A stretch of DNA of 64,000 nt. It comes from an uncultured Pelagibacteraceae bacterium (GTDB lineage Bacteria; Pseudomonadota; Alphaproteobacteria; Pelagibacterales; Pelagibacteraceae). Location of the stretch: NCBI GenBank assembly GCA_902583685.1, contig CACHWO010000001.1, positions 4,833-68,832 of the forward strand, in the 5' to 3' direction. The translations under genes were made by a program, and so were the position numbers. Numbering within the stretch: the first letter of the stretch is position 1; every line of letters begins with the position of its first letter. Shown here piece after piece: positions 1-9,165 of the stretch. The notes under the pieces were generated by a model. It ran no database searches. It was not told the origin of the DNA and worked only from the letters and a program-made list of their open reading frames with translations.

Positions 1-491
1 TTCGGAAAGGTTGCACAAAATTGAAGTAGTTGCATTCCGCCCATAGACCCCCCCATCGCACATAGAAGCTTTTCAATTCCTAAATGATCTAAAAGTGTTT
101 CTTGAGCTTTTACCATATCCCTAATTGTTATAACTGGAAAATTTAATCCATACGGTTCATTAGTTTTTTTGTTTATTTCTTTAGGACCCCACGAACCCAT
201 GCAACCGCCTATAACGTTCGCACAAATTACAAAGTATTTGTTTGTGTCAACAGCCATTCCAGGTCCTACAGCTGTTATCCACCATCCCTCTTTATTTGTT
301 ATTGGATTAATACCACTCACAAATTGATCACCAGTAAGTGCATGAAATACTAAAATAGCATTATCTTTAGACTTATTTAATTTTCCATAAGTTTCATATG
401 CTAAAGGAAAATCTTTAATAGTTTGCTTACAATCAAGCAATAGAGGTTTTGAAATGTTTAATTTTTTAATATTTTCCATTCTTTCACTCAT
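1..491 (-). CDS. metX: homoserine O-acetyltransferase, N-terminal part (gene continues beyond window start)
   Basis: Manual reverse-strand translation from the ATG at complement 489-491 gives MSERMENIKKLNISKPLLLDCKQTIKDFPLAYETYGKLN..NAILVFHALTGDQ..GWW..GPG..DTNKYFVICANVIGGCMGSWGP..GGSMGGMQ. This is the conserved MetX alpha/beta-hydrolase N-terminal pattern. It is absent from the supplied ORF track because it is truncated. Confidence 0.8.
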   Translation of the reverse strand, partial: MSERMENIKKLNISKPLLLDCKQTIKDFPLAYETYGKLNKSKDNAILVFHALTGDQFVSGINPITNKEGWWITAVGPGMAVDTNKYFVICANVIGGCMGSWGPKEINKKTNEPYGLNFPVITIRDMVKAQETLLDHLGIEKLLCAMGGSMGGMQLLQFCATFP

Positions 492-493
492 AT

Positions 494-519
494 AAAAAAA
501 AAGCCCAGCTAGACTGGGC
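494..519 (-). terminator. intrinsic terminator hairpin inside the metX 5' leader (attenuator)
   Basis: The minus-strand RNA reads GCCCAG-UCUAG-CUGGGC followed by nine U, ending 2 nt before the metX AUG. No minus-strand gene lies upstream, because hisC diverges on the + strand. The hairpin must therefore act on the metX leader. Confidence 0.6.
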
Positions 520-530
520 AAAAAATCCCT

Positions 531-585
531 GTTTAGCTGCATTTACTTGGCGCTCGCAATTCGGTTAAATCAGCGCTAGGCGAAT
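531..585 (-). promoter_or_regulatory. candidate SAM-II/SAM-V-like pseudoknot riboswitch aptamer in the metX leader
   Basis: The minus-strand RNA is CCUAGCGCUGAUUUAACCGAAUUGCGAGCGCCAAGUAAAUGCAGCUAAAC. It has a GC-rich 5-bp stem (GCGCU/AGCGC). The loop segment AUUUA can pair with the 3' tail UAAAU, giving an H-type pseudoknot. The tail CAGCUA is also complementary to UAGCUG in the downstream terminator arm, a possible antiterminator. The position upstream of metX is the classic SAM-II context. Confidence 0.45.
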
Positions 586-681
586 ATATACTAAATAGCC
601 ACAAACATGTCAATTTATTCAAATAAATTTATTATCATTATACAAATGAAGTGTCTTTTATTATAAGACATTAAAAATAAT

Positions 682-1764
682 ATGAAATTACCAAAACCTA
701 GAAAAATTATTGCAGAAAAATATGTAGCAGGATTAAGCTTGTTTAAAAGCAAAAGAAGTCCAATCAAACTCTCTGCAAACGAGTCTGCATTAGGACCAAG
801 TCCTAAAGCTGTAAAGTCTTATACATCAATTGGAAAAGGTTTTGTTCGATACCCCGACTCTGATGGAACTTTTTTTAGAAAGGTTCTTGCTAAAAAATTT
901 AATCTAAAACGTAACAGAATTATTCTTGGGTCAGGTTCTGACCAAATTTTTGAATTAGTATGTAAACTTTTTTTGAGGAAAGGAGACGAGGTTATAGTAC
1001 CTGAATTTAGCTTTATAATTTATAGAATTTATAGCAGAATGTTTGGCGCAAAAGTAATATATGCAAAAGAGGATAATTTTAAGGTTTCTATTGAATCTAT
1101 ACTAAATTGCGTAAATAGAAAAACTAAAATAGTTTTTTTAGCTAATCCAAATAATCCAACAGGCACTTATTTGGATAAGTTTGAATTACTTAAACTAAGA
1201 AAAAAATTAAGAAGTGATATTTTATTAGTTTTGGATGATGCATACTATGAATATATAGATGATCCAAACTATTCTTCTGGTATAGAATTATTCCTAAAAT
1301 CAAAAAATGTTTTAGTAACAAGAACATTTTCAAAAATTTATGGTCTGGCAGGATTAAGAATAGGTTGGTGTTATGGACCTAGAGAAATTATTAAAAAATT
1401 ATATGAAATAAAACCACCTTTTAATGTTAGTAGACCAGCTTTATTTGCTGCCACTCAGGCTATAAAAGATACCGATTGGTTAAATAAAGCTATTAGACAT
1501 AACAATTTTTGGGCAGATAAAATTTATGAAATTCTAGATGAAATTGGTATTGCAACTAATAGAACAAATGTAAATTTTTTTCTTTTAAATTTTGACCATG
1601 TTAAACTTTCAGCATCTCAAGTATTTAACAGATTAGCAAACTCAGGAATACTAGTTAGACAAATGGATGTATATAATATTAAGAATTCATTAAGGGTAAC
1701 TATTGGAAATAGTGTGGAGAACAAAAAATTTATTTCAACAATGAGGAAAATTTTTAATGTTTAA
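682..1764 (+). CDS. hisC: histidinol-phosphate / aromatic aminotransferase (class II PLP aminotransferase)
   Basis: 360 aa ORF with SANESALGPSP, LANPNNPTG and a TFSKIYGLAGLRIGW (PLP lysine) motif. It overlaps the following tyrA-like gene by 8 nt. Confidence 0.8.
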   Translation: MKLPKPRKIIAEKYVAGLSLFKSKRSPIKLSANESALGPSPKAVKSYTSIGKGFVRYPDSDGTFFRKVLAKKFNLKRNRIILGSGSDQIFELVCKLFLRKGDEVIVPEFSFIIYRIYSRMFGAKVIYAKEDNFKVSIESILNCVNRKTKIVFLANPNNPTGTYLDKFELLKLRKKLRSDILLVLDDAYYEYIDDPNYSSGIELFLKSKNVLVTRTFSKIYGLAGLRIGWCYGPREIIKKLYEIKPPFNVSRPALFAATQAIKDTDWLNKAIRHNNFWADKIYEILDEIGIATNRTNVNFFLLNFDHVKLSASQVFNRLANSGILVRQMDVYNIKNSLRVTIGNSVENKKFISTMRKIFNV

Positions 1765-2656
1765 TCAAGTATCTATAATTGGTTGTGGATTAATAGGTTC
1801 TTCAGTTTTAAGATGTCTCAAAAAAAATAAATCTGTAAAGAAAATTGTCAGTTTTGATAAAAATAAATCTGTTAATGATTTGATTAAGAAAAATAATTTA
1901 TCCGACCAAGTTGCAGCAAATTTAAGAGATGCCGTTACAAATTCGGACTTAGTATTAATAGCTACTCCTTTAAGTAGTTTTGAAAGTGTTATTGACTCTA
2001 TAAAAGATAACCTGAAACAAGGATCTATTTTAACAGATACATGTTCGGTAAAAAAAGGTATTAATAAAATCATCATTAATAAAAAAATTAAAAGATCTAC
2101 TTGGATTCCAGGACACCCCGTTGCAGGAACAGAAAATAGTGGACCAGATGCAGGCTTTGCTGATTTATTTAAAGATAGATGGACCATACTTTCTCCAGAA
2201 AAAAATATTAAAGATTCAGAAATTAAAAAAGTTTCTCTTTTTTGGGAGTCAATGGGAAGTAAGGTTAAAATAATGAAGTCAGAGGACCATGATAAGATTA
2301 TTTCTCTAACGAGTCACCTTCCGCACGTAATTGCATATAATATTGTAAAAACAGTAATGGAGACTGATGAGAAAACTAAAAATGATATAATAAGATATAG
2401 TGCTGGTGGATTAAGAGATTTCACAAGGATAGCTGCATCAGACCCAATAATGTGGAGAGATATATTTATAGATAATAGTAATTTAATTATCGAGGCAATT
2501 GATAATTTTAGTAAAAATTTGGATGAATTTAAAAAAGCTATTAATGATAAAGATGAAGAAAAATTATTAGAAATTTTTGAGAAATCAAAAGAGTTTAGAA
2601 AATCAATTATAAAAGCCGGCCAAGATACTGACAAACCAGACTTTGGTAGAAAATAA
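1757..2656 (+). CDS. tyrA: prephenate/arogenate (cyclohexadienyl) dehydrogenase
   Basis: 299 aa ORF with an N-terminal Rossmann motif IIGCGLIGSS and the HPVAGTE motif. It is translationally coupled to hisC. Confidence 0.75.
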   Translation: MFNQVSIIGCGLIGSSVLRCLKKNKSVKKIVSFDKNKSVNDLIKKNNLSDQVAANLRDAVTNSDLVLIATPLSSFESVIDSIKDNLKQGSILTDTCSVKKGINKIIINKKIKRSTWIPGHPVAGTENSGPDAGFADLFKDRWTILSPEKNIKDSEIKKVSLFWESMGSKVKIMKSEDHDKIISLTSHLPHVIAYNIVKTVMETDEKTKNDIIRYSAGGLRDFTRIAASDPIMWRDIFIDNSNLIIEAIDNFSKNLDEFKKAINDKDEEKLLEIFEKSKEFRKSIIKAGQDTDKPDFGRK

Positions 2657-3364
2657 TTAATCGATCAAATCAATTTCTTTATAAATATCTGATTGAAGTT
2701 TGGATAAAAATTTTTCTTTCTCCAACCCAGGTTCTATAGGAGTAAGAAAGGATATTATTATTTTACCAGGATACTTATTAAAACTATTTTTTGGCCAAAT
2801 TTTTCCAGTATTTAATGCAACAGGAACACATGGCAATTTTAAAGCTTCATAAATTCTGCTGACACCTTTTTTAAAAGGTGGACGTTCTTTATAAGCAACT
2901 CTTGTTCCCTGAGGAAATATTAACAAAGGTCTGTCAGTATCTTTAATTTTATTTAAAATTTTATCAAAAAAATTTAAATTTTCTTTTGTTGCAGTCTCTC
3001 TAACAATAGCTATCGCACCTATTTTTTTTAGACACCAACCAAAAATTGGAATTTTAACTAATTCTTTTTTTAAAATAAAAATGGGTCCTGGCAAAACTGT
3101 TTGTAAAGCAAACGTCTCAAACATAGATTGATGTGCAGATGCTACAAAGTATTTTTCATACTTTTTTAAATTTTGAAGGCCTCTAAATTCTATTTCAGTT
3201 TTGAAGAAAATTTTTAATAAATAAAAAATATAATATGAGAGAAATTTTCCGGCACATATCATATATTTATCTTTAACGAATAAAAAAGGAATTGAGATAA
3301 TACATGCCGAAGCTATCCCAGCAAACAAAAATATATTAAAAAAAAATGATCTTAAAAATATCAT
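2657..3364 (-). CDS. plsC: 1-acyl-sn-glycerol-3-phosphate acyltransferase
   Basis: 235 aa ORF with an N-terminal TM segment, an AHQSMFE (HX4D/E-type) block and an FPQGTR block. Its stop directly abuts the tyrA stop (0 bp). Confidence 0.75.
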   Translation of the reverse strand: MIFLRSFFFNIFLFAGIASACIISIPFLFVKDKYMICAGKFLSYYIFYLLKIFFKTEIEFRGLQNLKKYEKYFVASAHQSMFETFALQTVLPGPIFILKKELVKIPIFGWCLKKIGAIAIVRETATKENLNFFDKILNKIKDTDRPLLIFPQGTRVAYKERPPFKKGVSRIYEALKLPCVPVALNTGKIWPKNSFNKYPGKIIISFLTPIEPGLEKEKFLSKLQSDIYKEIDLID

Positions 3365-3367
3365 TAA

Positions 3368-4588
3368 TTAAATTATTTCAGAGATTTTTTGTCTTTTTCT
3401 GATAACTTTAATTTTTCCTTTTTTTATTAAAATTTCTGAAACTAATGGTCTTGTATTATAATTTGAAGATAATGAAGAACCATAAGCCCCAACATTTGTG
3501 ATAGCTACAAAACTATTTTCATCTATGTAAGAATAATTCTTATATTTTATAAAAGTGTCTGTACTTTCACAAATTGGACCAACAAATTCAACATTGCTGA
3601 TTACTTTTTTTCTTAATTTTATAACAGGAACTATATCATGTTTTGCATTATACAGTGCTGGCCTCATAAAATCATTCATACCTGCATCAATAATAATAAA
3701 ACTTGTATTACCATTTTTTTTAATAAATATAATTTTTGAAATCAAAGTTCCCGCATTTCCAACGATAAATCTACCTGGTTCAAAAATTATTTTACAATTA
3801 ATTTTCTTTTTGAATTCGTTTACTAATTTTGAATAATTTCTAATATTGATTTTTCTATCCCTATCTTTATAAGAGATTCCAAATCCTCCTCCCAAGTCAA
3901 CATATTCAAAATTTATTTTACTTAAATTGATTATTTTGAGTAAAACGTTTAAAGTTTTTCTATATGGCTCAATAGAGGTAATTTGGCTACCAATGTGTAC
4001 ACTTAATGCTTTAATTTTAAGGTTTTTAAAACTTTTCAATTCTTTGCAAAAATTTAAAAAGTTTGATTTTGGAAGCCCAAACTTACTATCTATTTTGCCA
4101 GTACTAATTTTTGAAAGCGTATTTGCATCAACGCCTGGGTTAATTCTTATACCTATAGAAGTAATTTGCCCCATTTTTTTTGATATCTTGTTAATCAATC
4201 TGGCCTCACTTTCCGACTCAATATTGATCAAAAAGACTTTTTTTCTAATCGCGGTTCGAAGTTCATTCTCAGTTTTTCCAACTCCAGAAAAAACAATTTT
4301 ACTAGGTTTAACTTTTGCCTTAAGTGCTTTCAAAAGTTCACCTTCTGAAACAACATCCGCACCTGACCCTAGTTTTGCTAATTCTGAAATGATGGAAACA
4401 TTTGAATTAGATTTTACAGAAAAACAAATTAACGGTTTTACGCTTTTGAAATAATTTGAGAAAGATTGATAATTTTCTTTAATTTTTTTTAAAGAGTAAA
4501 CATAAAATGGTGTAATATTTTTTTTTGCAATACTATTTATTTTCGTATTGTCTATATATAGGTTTTGACCTTTATAAGTTAAACTCAT
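3368..4588 (-). CDS. lysA: diaminopimelate decarboxylase
   Basis: 406 aa ORF with the fold-III PLP decarboxylase pattern: FSVKSN (PLP Lys), DLGGGFGI, and GPICESTD near the C-terminus. Confidence 0.85.
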   Translation of the reverse strand: MSLTYKGQNLYIDNTKINSIAKKNITPFYVYSLKKIKENYQSFSNYFKSVKPLICFSVKSNSNVSIISELAKLGSGADVVSEGELLKALKAKVKPSKIVFSGVGKTENELRTAIRKKVFLINIESESEARLINKISKKMGQITSIGIRINPGVDANTLSKISTGKIDSKFGLPKSNFLNFCKELKSFKNLKIKALSVHIGSQITSIEPYRKTLNVLLKIINLSKINFEYVDLGGGFGISYKDRDRKINIRNYSKLVNEFKKKINCKIIFEPGRFIVGNAGTLISKIIFIKKNGNTSFIIIDAGMNDFMRPALYNAKHDIVPVIKLRKKVISNVEFVGPICESTDTFIKYKNYSYIDENSFVAITNVGAYGSSLSSNYNTRPLVSEILIKKGKIKVIRKRQKISEII

Positions 4589-4592
4589 AGTC

Positions 4593-4706
4593 CTAAGATA
4601 TTATAATATTATGGGTCAGTTTATCTGATTTATAAACAGGAGCTGATTTTTTCCCACAAGAAGTTAAAAATAAACACAATAATGAAATAAGGAATATTTT
4701 TTTCAT
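4593..4706 (-). CDS. small lipoprotein (37 aa), LptM/YifL-like
   Basis: Manual translation gives MKKIFLISLLCLFLTSCGKKSAPVYKSDKLTHNIIIS. It has a signal peptide and the lipobox L-T-S-C. The ATG overlaps the argH stop (ATGA), and the ORF ends 4 nt before the lysA start. It is too short for the ORF track. Confidence 0.55.
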   Translation of the reverse strand: MKKIFLISLLCLFLTSCGKKSAPVYKSDKLTHNIIIS

Positions 4707-6085
4707 TTAATTTCTTTCTTATATTTAAAAATCATTTTTTTCACATTTTTAGCAGATGTTCCACCATAAGATGTTTTAGAATTCATAGAATTAACTACGT
4801 CAAATATTTTAGGTATGTTGACATCAACTTCTTTCACAAATTTATTTATTTCACCATTTGAAAGTTGATCTAATCTAATTTTCTTTTTTTCAGCATAATT
4901 CACTAATTTTGAGGAAATATTATAACCTTTCCTAAAAGGTAACTTCTTTTTTATTGAAAGAAAATCTGCAAAATCTGTTGCTGTAGTATATCCTTTCTGT
5001 GCCATATTTTTCATATTATTTTTTTTGGTATTTAAGTTCTGCATTAATTCAATAGCCATCATTAAACTATCTTTTAGAGTATCGTAACTATCAAAAACTA
5101 ATTCTTTATCATCCTGAAGATCTTTATAATAAGAAATTGGTAAACCTTTCATAATAGTTAACATAGAATTTAAATTACCATAGTTTATTGCGGTTCTTCC
5201 CCTTATTAGCTCTGCAGGATCAGGATTTTTTTTTTGAGGCATAATAGAAGAGCCTGTTAAAACTTTATCTTTGAATTCCACAAAACCAAATGCCTCTGAA
5301 TTAAAAATGATTAAATCTTCGGCTAATCTTGAAAGATGCATGGCACATGTAGCTGCTGTAGATAAAAAATCAATTGCAAAATCTCTATCTGAGACTGAGT
5401 CAATTGAGTTATTTGTTGGTTTTTTAAATCCAAGTTTTTTTGCAGTAAAACTTCTGTCTATTTTAAATGAAGTTCCTGCGAGTGCCGCTGATCCAAGTGG
5501 GCACTCGTCAATTAATAAAATATTATTAAAGAATCTTTTTTTATCCCTTGAAAACATTTCTACATATGCAAGTAAATAATGCGCAAAAGATACAGGTTGA
5601 GCATTTTTGAGATGTGTAAAACCTGGCATAACAGTATTAATATTTTTTTCAGCTTTATCTAAAATAAATTTTTTAAGAGTATTTAAGATTTCAATAATAT
5701 CATAGGTAGAATTTTTTACCCAAATTTTAAAATCAGTTACAACCTGATCATTTCTAGATCTTGCAGTATGTAAATAACCAGCCGACTCACCAATTATTTG
5801 AAATAATCTTTTTTCGATATTAAGGTGAATATCTTCAAATTGTTCCTTAAATTTAAATTTATTTTTATTTATTTCTTTTTCAATTTTTTTAAGGCCTTTT
5901 ATTATTTTTAATCCATCTTTTTTGGGTATAATTTTTTGCTTCACGAGCATTTTGGTATGAATTATTGATGCAAAAATATCCTCTTTATACAGTCTTTTAT
6001 CAACATGTATAGAAGATCCTATTCTTTGGAAATTTTTAGAATTTCCTTTTAATCTATTTGACCAAATTGTTCTATTTTTTTTCAT
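4703..6085 (-). CDS. argH: argininosuccinate lyase
   Basis: 460 aa ORF of the fumarate-lyase superfamily. It has the GSSIMPQKKNPD signature loop and TARSRNDQV. Confidence 0.9.
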   Translation of the reverse strand: MKKNRTIWSNRLKGNSKNFQRIGSSIHVDKRLYKEDIFASIIHTKMLVKQKIIPKKDGLKIIKGLKKIEKEINKNKFKFKEQFEDIHLNIEKRLFQIIGESAGYLHTARSRNDQVVTDFKIWVKNSTYDIIEILNTLKKFILDKAEKNINTVMPGFTHLKNAQPVSFAHYLLAYVEMFSRDKKRFFNNILLIDECPLGSAALAGTSFKIDRSFTAKKLGFKKPTNNSIDSVSDRDFAIDFLSTAATCAMHLSRLAEDLIIFNSEAFGFVEFKDKVLTGSSIMPQKKNPDPAELIRGRTAINYGNLNSMLTIMKGLPISYYKDLQDDKELVFDSYDTLKDSLMMAIELMQNLNTKKNNMKNMAQKGYTTATDFADFLSIKKKLPFRKGYNISSKLVNYAEKKKIRLDQLSNGEINKFVKEVDVNIPKIFDVVNSMNSKTSYGGTSAKNVKKMIFKYKKEIK

Positions 6086-6110
6086 TTTTTTCTATGTTAA
6101 ATCTATTTAT

Positions 6111-6767
6111 GTGACTTACTCTTTAAATACAACCCTAATAAATCCAAACTCAAACTCAGCTCCAAAAAATATTGTAATACTTTGTCATGGTTATGGTGGT
6201 GATGGTAAGGATATTTCAGTTTTAGCTAATTATTGGAAAAATTTTTTACCAGAAACGTTATTTCTTTGCCCAAATGCTCCGGAGATATGTAAATTAAATC
6301 CTGATGGTTTTCAATGGTTTGATCTTATGGACCAAACCGATGATGAAATATTATCTAAATCACTAATAGCAGAAAAAAAACTTAATCTTTTTATAAGTGA
6401 AGTTTCAGATGCAAATAATATAAATTTAAATAAGATTGCTTTAATAGGTTTTAGCCAGGGAGGTATGATTTCAATACAAACTGCTATTAAAAGAAAAGAT
6501 TCTATCAAATGTTTAATTAGTTATTCAGGTAAGGTGCTTAATCAAGATCATCTTAAAAAAAATATTAATTCAAGACCAGAAATTTATTTAATGCATGGAG
6601 ACATAGATCAAGTAGTGCCAATAAACTCTTTTCTTGAGGCTAAATACTTTTTCGAACAAAGTAATTATAAAATATTCACTAAAATATTTGAAAAATGTGA
6701 ACATAGAATCCCCAATGAGGGTATTAGTTTGGGATTAGAATTTTTAAAAAGAAATTTATATAAATAA
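6111..6767 (+). CDS. phospholipase/carboxylesterase family alpha/beta hydrolase
   Basis: 218 aa ORF with VILCHGYGGDG, the nucleophile elbow GFSQGG, MHGDIDQVVP and a C-terminal His. The start is a GTG, as called by the ORF track. Confidence 0.65.
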   Translation: MTYSLNTTLINPNSNSAPKNIVILCHGYGGDGKDISVLANYWKNFLPETLFLCPNAPEICKLNPDGFQWFDLMDQTDDEILSKSLIAEKKLNLFISEVSDANNINLNKIALIGFSQGGMISIQTAIKRKDSIKCLISYSGKVLNQDHLKKNINSRPEIYLMHGDIDQVVPINSFLEAKYFFEQSNYKIFTKIFEKCEHRIPNEGISLGLEFLKRNLYK

Positions 6768-6838
6768 TAAGTTTATTTATTATACCCTGTAACAAAATTA
6801 TAACTTGATATTTTTTTTTTAACAAGTTAGCATTAAGA

Positions 6839-7408
6839 ATGATTATTTCTTCCACAGAAAAAGTACCTTTGGAAAAATGCCCTGCATTAGTTTTAAACGC
6901 AGATTTTAGACCTTTGAGTTACTACCCTTTATCATTGTGGTGTTGGCAAGATGCAGTCAAATCAGTTTTTTTAAATAGGGTTAGTATAGTTTCAACGTAT
7001 GAAAGAAAAATTCGTAGTCCATCATTTGAAATGAGTTTACCAAGTGTAATTGCATTAAAAAGTTTTATAAAACCTTCAGAGCACCCAAATTTTACAAGGT
7101 TCAATGTCTTTCTTAGAGATAAGTTTGCATGTCAATACTGTGGTGCAAAAAAAGACCTAACTTTTGACCATCTTCTTCCTAAATCCAAAGGAGGTATAAC
7201 GGACTGGGAAAACGTTGTAACCGCCTGCTCAACTTGTAATGTAAAAAAGGGTGGTAAATTATACAATAATTGTGATCTTAAATTAAAAAGAAAGCCTTTT
7301 GTTCCGACTGTAGACGATCTTCATAAAAACGGAAGAAATTTTCCTCCAAACTTTTTACATGAAAGTTGGATGGATTATCTGTATTGGGATATCGAGTTAG
7401 AACCTTAA
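6839..7408 (+). CDS. HNH endonuclease-domain protein
   Basis: 189 aa ORF with CQYCG..DHLLPKSKGG..WENVVTACSTCNVKKG, a zinc-binding HNH motif. Confidence 0.7.
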   Translation: MIISSTEKVPLEKCPALVLNADFRPLSYYPLSLWCWQDAVKSVFLNRVSIVSTYERKIRSPSFEMSLPSVIALKSFIKPSEHPNFTRFNVFLRDKFACQYCGAKKDLTFDHLLPKSKGGITDWENVVTACSTCNVKKGGKLYNNCDLKLKRKPFVPTVDDLHKNGRNFPPNFLHESWMDYLYWDIELEP

Positions 7409-7942
7409 TTAAATTTTTTCTGAAACTTTAATAGCTACTTTAGATGTTGTTTGTATAATTTTGTCTAAAACAGAGTACAATCCACTTTTAGTTGCTCCTT
7501 TATCATAAGCAATATTTTTGTGATCAATTTCATCTTGTCTAAACTTTGTAATAGATTTTTTTAACTTTTCTTCATCATCACCAAGTTTATCTAATTGGTT
7601 TTTATAATGATCATCTATAACTTCCTCTACAGATGCAGTACATAACATAGCTGCTTTTTCGCCTAAAATTGTAGTTCCAAAACCAAGAGTCACTCCGAGT
7701 AAATCCCAAATTGGAAGGAAAACTGTAGGTTTAATTTTTCTTCTCTGAATTTCCTTGTCAAAATATTCGAAATGTTCTCTCTCATGTTCTTTCATATCTT
7801 CAATCAGTTTTTTTAATTTTTCGTTTTTTTTAAAAGTATTTAATGCCAATAATTGACCTTCATAAATTTTGATTGCGCCTCTTTCTCCAGCGTGATCAAC
7901 TCTTATAATTTCTTCTAATGTTCTTTTATTTGTTGTTTTCAT
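7409..7942 (-). CDS. coq7: demethoxyubiquinone hydroxylase (COQ7 family di-iron protein)
   Basis: The ORF shows RVDHAGERGA and EHEREH..., with EExDH repeats typical of COQ7. I chose the internal Met (MKTTNK...), which reduces the overlap with dsbB. The track ORF extends to 7981. Confidence 0.7.
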   Translation of the reverse strand: MKTTNKRTLEEIIRVDHAGERGAIKIYEGQLLALNTFKKNEKLKKLIEDMKEHEREHFEYFDKEIQRRKIKPTVFLPIWDLLGVTLGFGTTILGEKAAMLCTASVEEVIDDHYKNQLDKLGDDEEKLKKSITKFRQDEIDHKNIAYDKGATKSGLYSVLDKIIQTTSKVAIKVSEKI

Positions 7943-8408
7943 ATTTTTTAAACATATTGAAGAATATACAGAATAATACAAATGAAAAAATGGTATTTAT
8001 TGAAGCAAGAGAAACACCAAAAATAGAAAAAGTCACCTCTTTACAACTAATAGTATTTTTTTTTAATTGTTTCAAAATATCCTCCTTAGATAATTCAGTA
8101 TTAAAACTTTTTGTTTCACATACGAAAGACTCATTAAAAAAACCTTGCTCAATACCAAAATGATAAAAAGCAATAATAGAACCACAAATTGATACTAAAG
8201 ATAGAATTAACAATGTAAGTCTTATGTATTTTTTTAAAAGAAAAATATTTAAAAGTAATATAAGTGAAATATAGTATGGATATCTTTGATAAATACAAAG
8301 TTTACATGGTTCATGACCTAAAGCGTATTCAATTATATAAGCAGAAAATAGTGAGAGTAGTAATAAAAAAAATATTATAAAAAGAGTTTTATTTCGCGTA
8401 CTACTCAT
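7926..8408 (-). CDS. dsbB: disulfide bond formation protein B family
   Basis: 160 aa ORF with about 4 TM segments. It has a CKLC redox pair in the first periplasmic loop and a second Cys pair (C..C) in the later loop. Confidence 0.6.
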   Translation of the reverse strand: MSSTRNKTLFIIFFLLLLSLFSAYIIEYALGHEPCKLCIYQRYPYYISLILLLNIFLLKKYIRLTLLILSLVSICGSIIAFYHFGIEQGFFNESFVCETKSFNTELSKEDILKQLKKNTISCKEVTFSIFGVSLASINTIFSFVLFCIFFNMFKKYENNK

Positions 8409-9005
8409 TTACTTTACCAAATAAAAAGTTAATGCTAAAATAATTAATATAAGAATAGTTATAATTACTGACCATTTTGTACCATGTTTTTCTAGAAAAG
8501 GCCCAAATTTGTCACCAAATTTGTAAGTTAAAAAAGCAACAACAAAGAATCTCGATCCACGAGTTATTAAACAAATAATTATAAAAAAAATCAGATTAAA
8601 ATTTATGAAACCACTTGATATAGTTAATAGTTTAAAAGGTAATGGTGTAAAACCGGCGGTAACAAGTATTCCAAGCCAAGAAAAAAAACCGCCTTTTGTA
8701 GAAAATTTTTCTTTAAGGAAATTTGGATCTTCATACCCGTATAGTTCAAATATTTTTATTCCAATCTCGTTAAAAAAAACATACCCAATTAAATATCCAA
8801 ATAATGCACCAAGCACTGAAAAAATTGTAGCAATTATTGCTATACGCAAAAATTCTCTTTTTTTTGCCACTACCATTGGAATAATCATTACATCGGGGGG
8901 AATTGGAAAAAAGGAACTTTCTATGAAAGACTCGAATGCCAAAATAGGTTTAGCATATTTATGACCAGCCCAAGAAACACATTTATCATATAATTTTTTA
9001 ATCAT
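8409..9005 (-). CDS. DedA/YqaA family inner membrane protein
   Basis: 198 aa multi-TM ORF with the ESSFFPIPPDVMIIPM motif typical of YqaA/DedA. The spacer to dsbB is 0 bp. Confidence 0.6.
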   Translation of the reverse strand: MIKKLYDKCVSWAGHKYAKPILAFESFIESSFFPIPPDVMIIPMVVAKKREFLRIAIIATIFSVLGALFGYLIGYVFFNEIGIKIFELYGYEDPNFLKEKFSTKGGFFSWLGILVTAGFTPLPFKLLTISSGFINFNLIFFIIICLITRGSRFFVVAFLTYKFGDKFGPFLEKHGTKWSVIITILILIILALTFYLVK

Positions 9006-9073
9006 TTTTTTTGTTGCGTCTTAAATTAATTCAAAACATAATGTTTGTAAAAATATAAATTATGATAGAAAAG

Positions 9074-9160
9074 GGGCGAATGGTGGAACTGGTAGACGCG
9101 TTGGATTCAAAATCCAATAGTAGCAATACTTTGAGAGTTCGAGTCTCTCTTCGCCCACCA
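9074..9160 (+). tRNA. tRNA-Leu (anticodon CAA)
   Basis: Folded by hand. The acceptor is GGGCGAA/TTCGCCC, the anticodon stem is TTGGA/TCCAA and the loop is TTCAAAA. It has a long variable arm, a T arm GAGAG-TTCGAGT-CTCTC, discriminator A and an encoded CCA. Confidence 0.85.
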
Positions 9161-9165
9161 AAAAA

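Noticed and set aside
7943-7981. Longer COQ7 start (MYYSVYSSICLKN...) given by the ORF track
   Set aside because: The extra 13 residues are not part of the conserved COQ7 fold and would overlap dsbB by 56 nt. The internal Met at 7942 gives a typical length. It is not excluded.
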